Origin: a virus
Lineage: Duplodnaviria; Caudoviricetes
DNA: 24,967 bases
Strand: one strand, 5' to 3'
Virus record (IMG/VR): IMGVR_UViG_3300045457_000062
Coordinates: 1 to 24,967 of that record
Under the pieces are notes generated by a model. It was not told the DNA's origin. It was given only the letters and a program-made list of their open reading frames with translations, and did no database searches. Position numbers and translations under genes: made by a program. Positions 23,673 through 24,967 of the stretch are shown in pieces; position 1 is the first letter of the stretch; each line of letters opens with the position of its first letter.

Positions 23673-24607
23673 TTTATATCACATTCCACCATGATTTCCG
23701 TCAGACATGCCACAAGATTTAGTTCTTGGTCAGCCACGAATGCTGCCTGATACTGATACTTAGCCAGTGTCACCACGGCAGCAGGAATGGACTCTGGCTT
23801 TAGATACTCATTCAGTCCATCATACACAGTGCGATAAATGAGAGACGGATCAATGTCAGAGTTTAGAACGATCCACTTACGCATGGCACCAAAGTCTTTA
23901 TCTTTTAGTGCTTTGATTAGTTCAGATAAAGATTTAATACCATCAAGTTGACTAACAACACCAGCGTCAATGTTTCCAGACACAGCATGGCGTTGGAGTT
24001 CATTAAGAAGACGCCGATAGTCTGGGAAATACTTTTCAACAATCTTGATGAGAACCTGCTTGTCATATTCAACACCTTCTATCTTTAGAATCTCATTAAC
24101 TCTCTTGAACATCTTAGAAGCCATAAGAGGCTTTTCACTAGACTTCAAGGTAAAGTCAACAACGGCACATCTAGAATGAATAGCGTCCTTGATCTTTGCC
24201 TTGAAGTTACATGTGAAGATGAAAGAACAGTTTTCAGCAAACTTTTCAATCACACCTCTAAGAGCATCTTGCGTATCTGGTGTAAGACCGTCGGCTTCGT
24301 CTAGAATGATAACCTTACGACCACCAGTAAGCGATACGGTTGACGCATAACCCACAACCTTTGTTCTTAGAACATCAATGCCTCTTTCTTCTGAAGAGTT
24401 GATGAAAAGATAGTTACAACCGATTTCATCACACATAGCCATGGCTGCGGTAGTTTTACCACATCCAGCAGGACCAGAAAGAAGGAGATTTGGAATCTCC
24501 CTCTTGGTCACATATTCCTGAAACGCTTTCTTGATACGCTCAGGAAGAACGCAGTCCTCAATCTTGTGAGGACGATACTTTTCTACCCAAAGAAAGTCAT
24601 TGCTCAT
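23669..24607 (-). CDS. 44: Clamp loader AAA+ subunit gp44
   Basis: LWVEKYRP, Walker A GPAGCGKTT, Walker B IILDEAD, SRC motif, FPDYRR.LNELQ. Confidence 0.97.
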   Translation of the reverse strand: MSNDFLWVEKYRPHKIEDCVLPERIKKAFQEYVTKREIPNLLLSGPAGCGKTTAAMAMCDEIGCNYLFINSSEERGIDVLRTKVVGYASTVSLTGGRKVIILDEADGLTPDTQDALRGVIEKFAENCSFIFTCNFKAKIKDAIHSRCAVVDFTLKSSEKPLMASKMFKRVNEILKIEGVEYDKQVLIKIVEKYFPDYRRLLNELQRHAVSGNIDAGVVSQLDGIKSLSELIKALKDKDFGAMRKWIVLNSDIDPSLIYRTVYDGLNEYLKPESIPAAVVTLAKYQYQAAFVADQELNLVACLTEIMVECDIK

Positions 24608-24762
24608 TCATTTTCCTCATAACGAGATGCGCTAAGTTGCATTATAATAGATGTTAGTAGGAAAAACAACCAACGATTTGTATCATCGTGATCCTTAATC
24701 CAAAAGTAAGACGCAGATATAAAGTTTATTACACTTAGCAATTCAAAGATAAGCGCCATCAT
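24604..24762 (-). CDS. Small two-TM membrane protein, 52 aa, absent from the ORF track
   Basis: MMALIFELLSVINFISASYFWIKDHDDTNRWLFFLLTSIIMQLSASRYEENE; ATGA overlaps at both ends. Confidence 0.65.
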   Translation of the reverse strand: MMALIFELLSVINFISASYFWIKDHDDTNRWLFFLLTSIIMQLSASRYEENE

Positions 24763-24967
24763 AGTTGTGTCTTCTCCATCACAGTGGTATAAAACTCTTC
24801 AAAGTCTGTGTTCTCCTGAATCTCAGAGTTGAAGTTTGCCTTGAAGTATGTGCGAGCCATACGACGAATGAGTTTCTTATCAATGTCCAGTTTACCACTT
24901 AGTTCATTGATAGTATCTTTCTGTAGTTCTCGCTCGGCACCAACACGAGTCATGGAGTCATTCAACT
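24759..24967 (-). CDS. dsbA: T4 DsbA-like dsDNA-binding protein (5' end probably outside the window)
   Basis: ...KD.INEL..KLDIDKKLIRRMARTYFKANF..E..E..DFEEFY.TV matches the length and pattern of the T4 DsbA C-terminal part. Confidence 0.7.
   Translation of the reverse strand, partial: LNDSMTRVGAERELQKDTINELSGKLDIDKKLIRRMARTYFKANFNSEIQENTDFEEFYTTVMEKTQL

Noticed and set aside
1-24967. tRNA or rRNA genes
   Set aside because: No cloverleaf or T-loop signature noticed in the short intergenic gaps; tRNAscan-SE was not run.

Overview
AT-rich segment of a T4-like (Tevenvirinae-related) myophage, almost entirely on the minus strand. In transcription order, the core replication genes are a DsbA-like gene (partial), gp44, gp62, regA, then gp43 DNA polymerase, an orphan DNA methyltransferase and the start of uvsX. 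In T4, regA and gene 43 are adjacent. Here about 19 kb of accessory DNA lies between them: a dUTPase with an AT-hook tail, a PAAR-like protein with a C-terminal extension, and an Hsp20 gene preceded by a ROSE-like RNA thermometer. Next is a tightly coupled 10-gene glycan cluster: four glycosyltransferases including a GT10 fucosyltransferase-like enzyme, Gmd, GalE, a nucleotide-sugar dehydrogenase, an SDR and two SAM methyltransferases. Further on are an SNase, a full-length acyl-CoA dehydrogenase whose last 34 bp are duplicated around a two-gene cassette, many small ORFs, a spanin pair converging on a holin-like gene, and a Bfd-like ferredoxin. The Bfd, acyl-CoA dehydrogenase and ROSE element suggest an alphaproteobacterial host (inference). 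All product calls come from motif recognition by eye; no searches were run.
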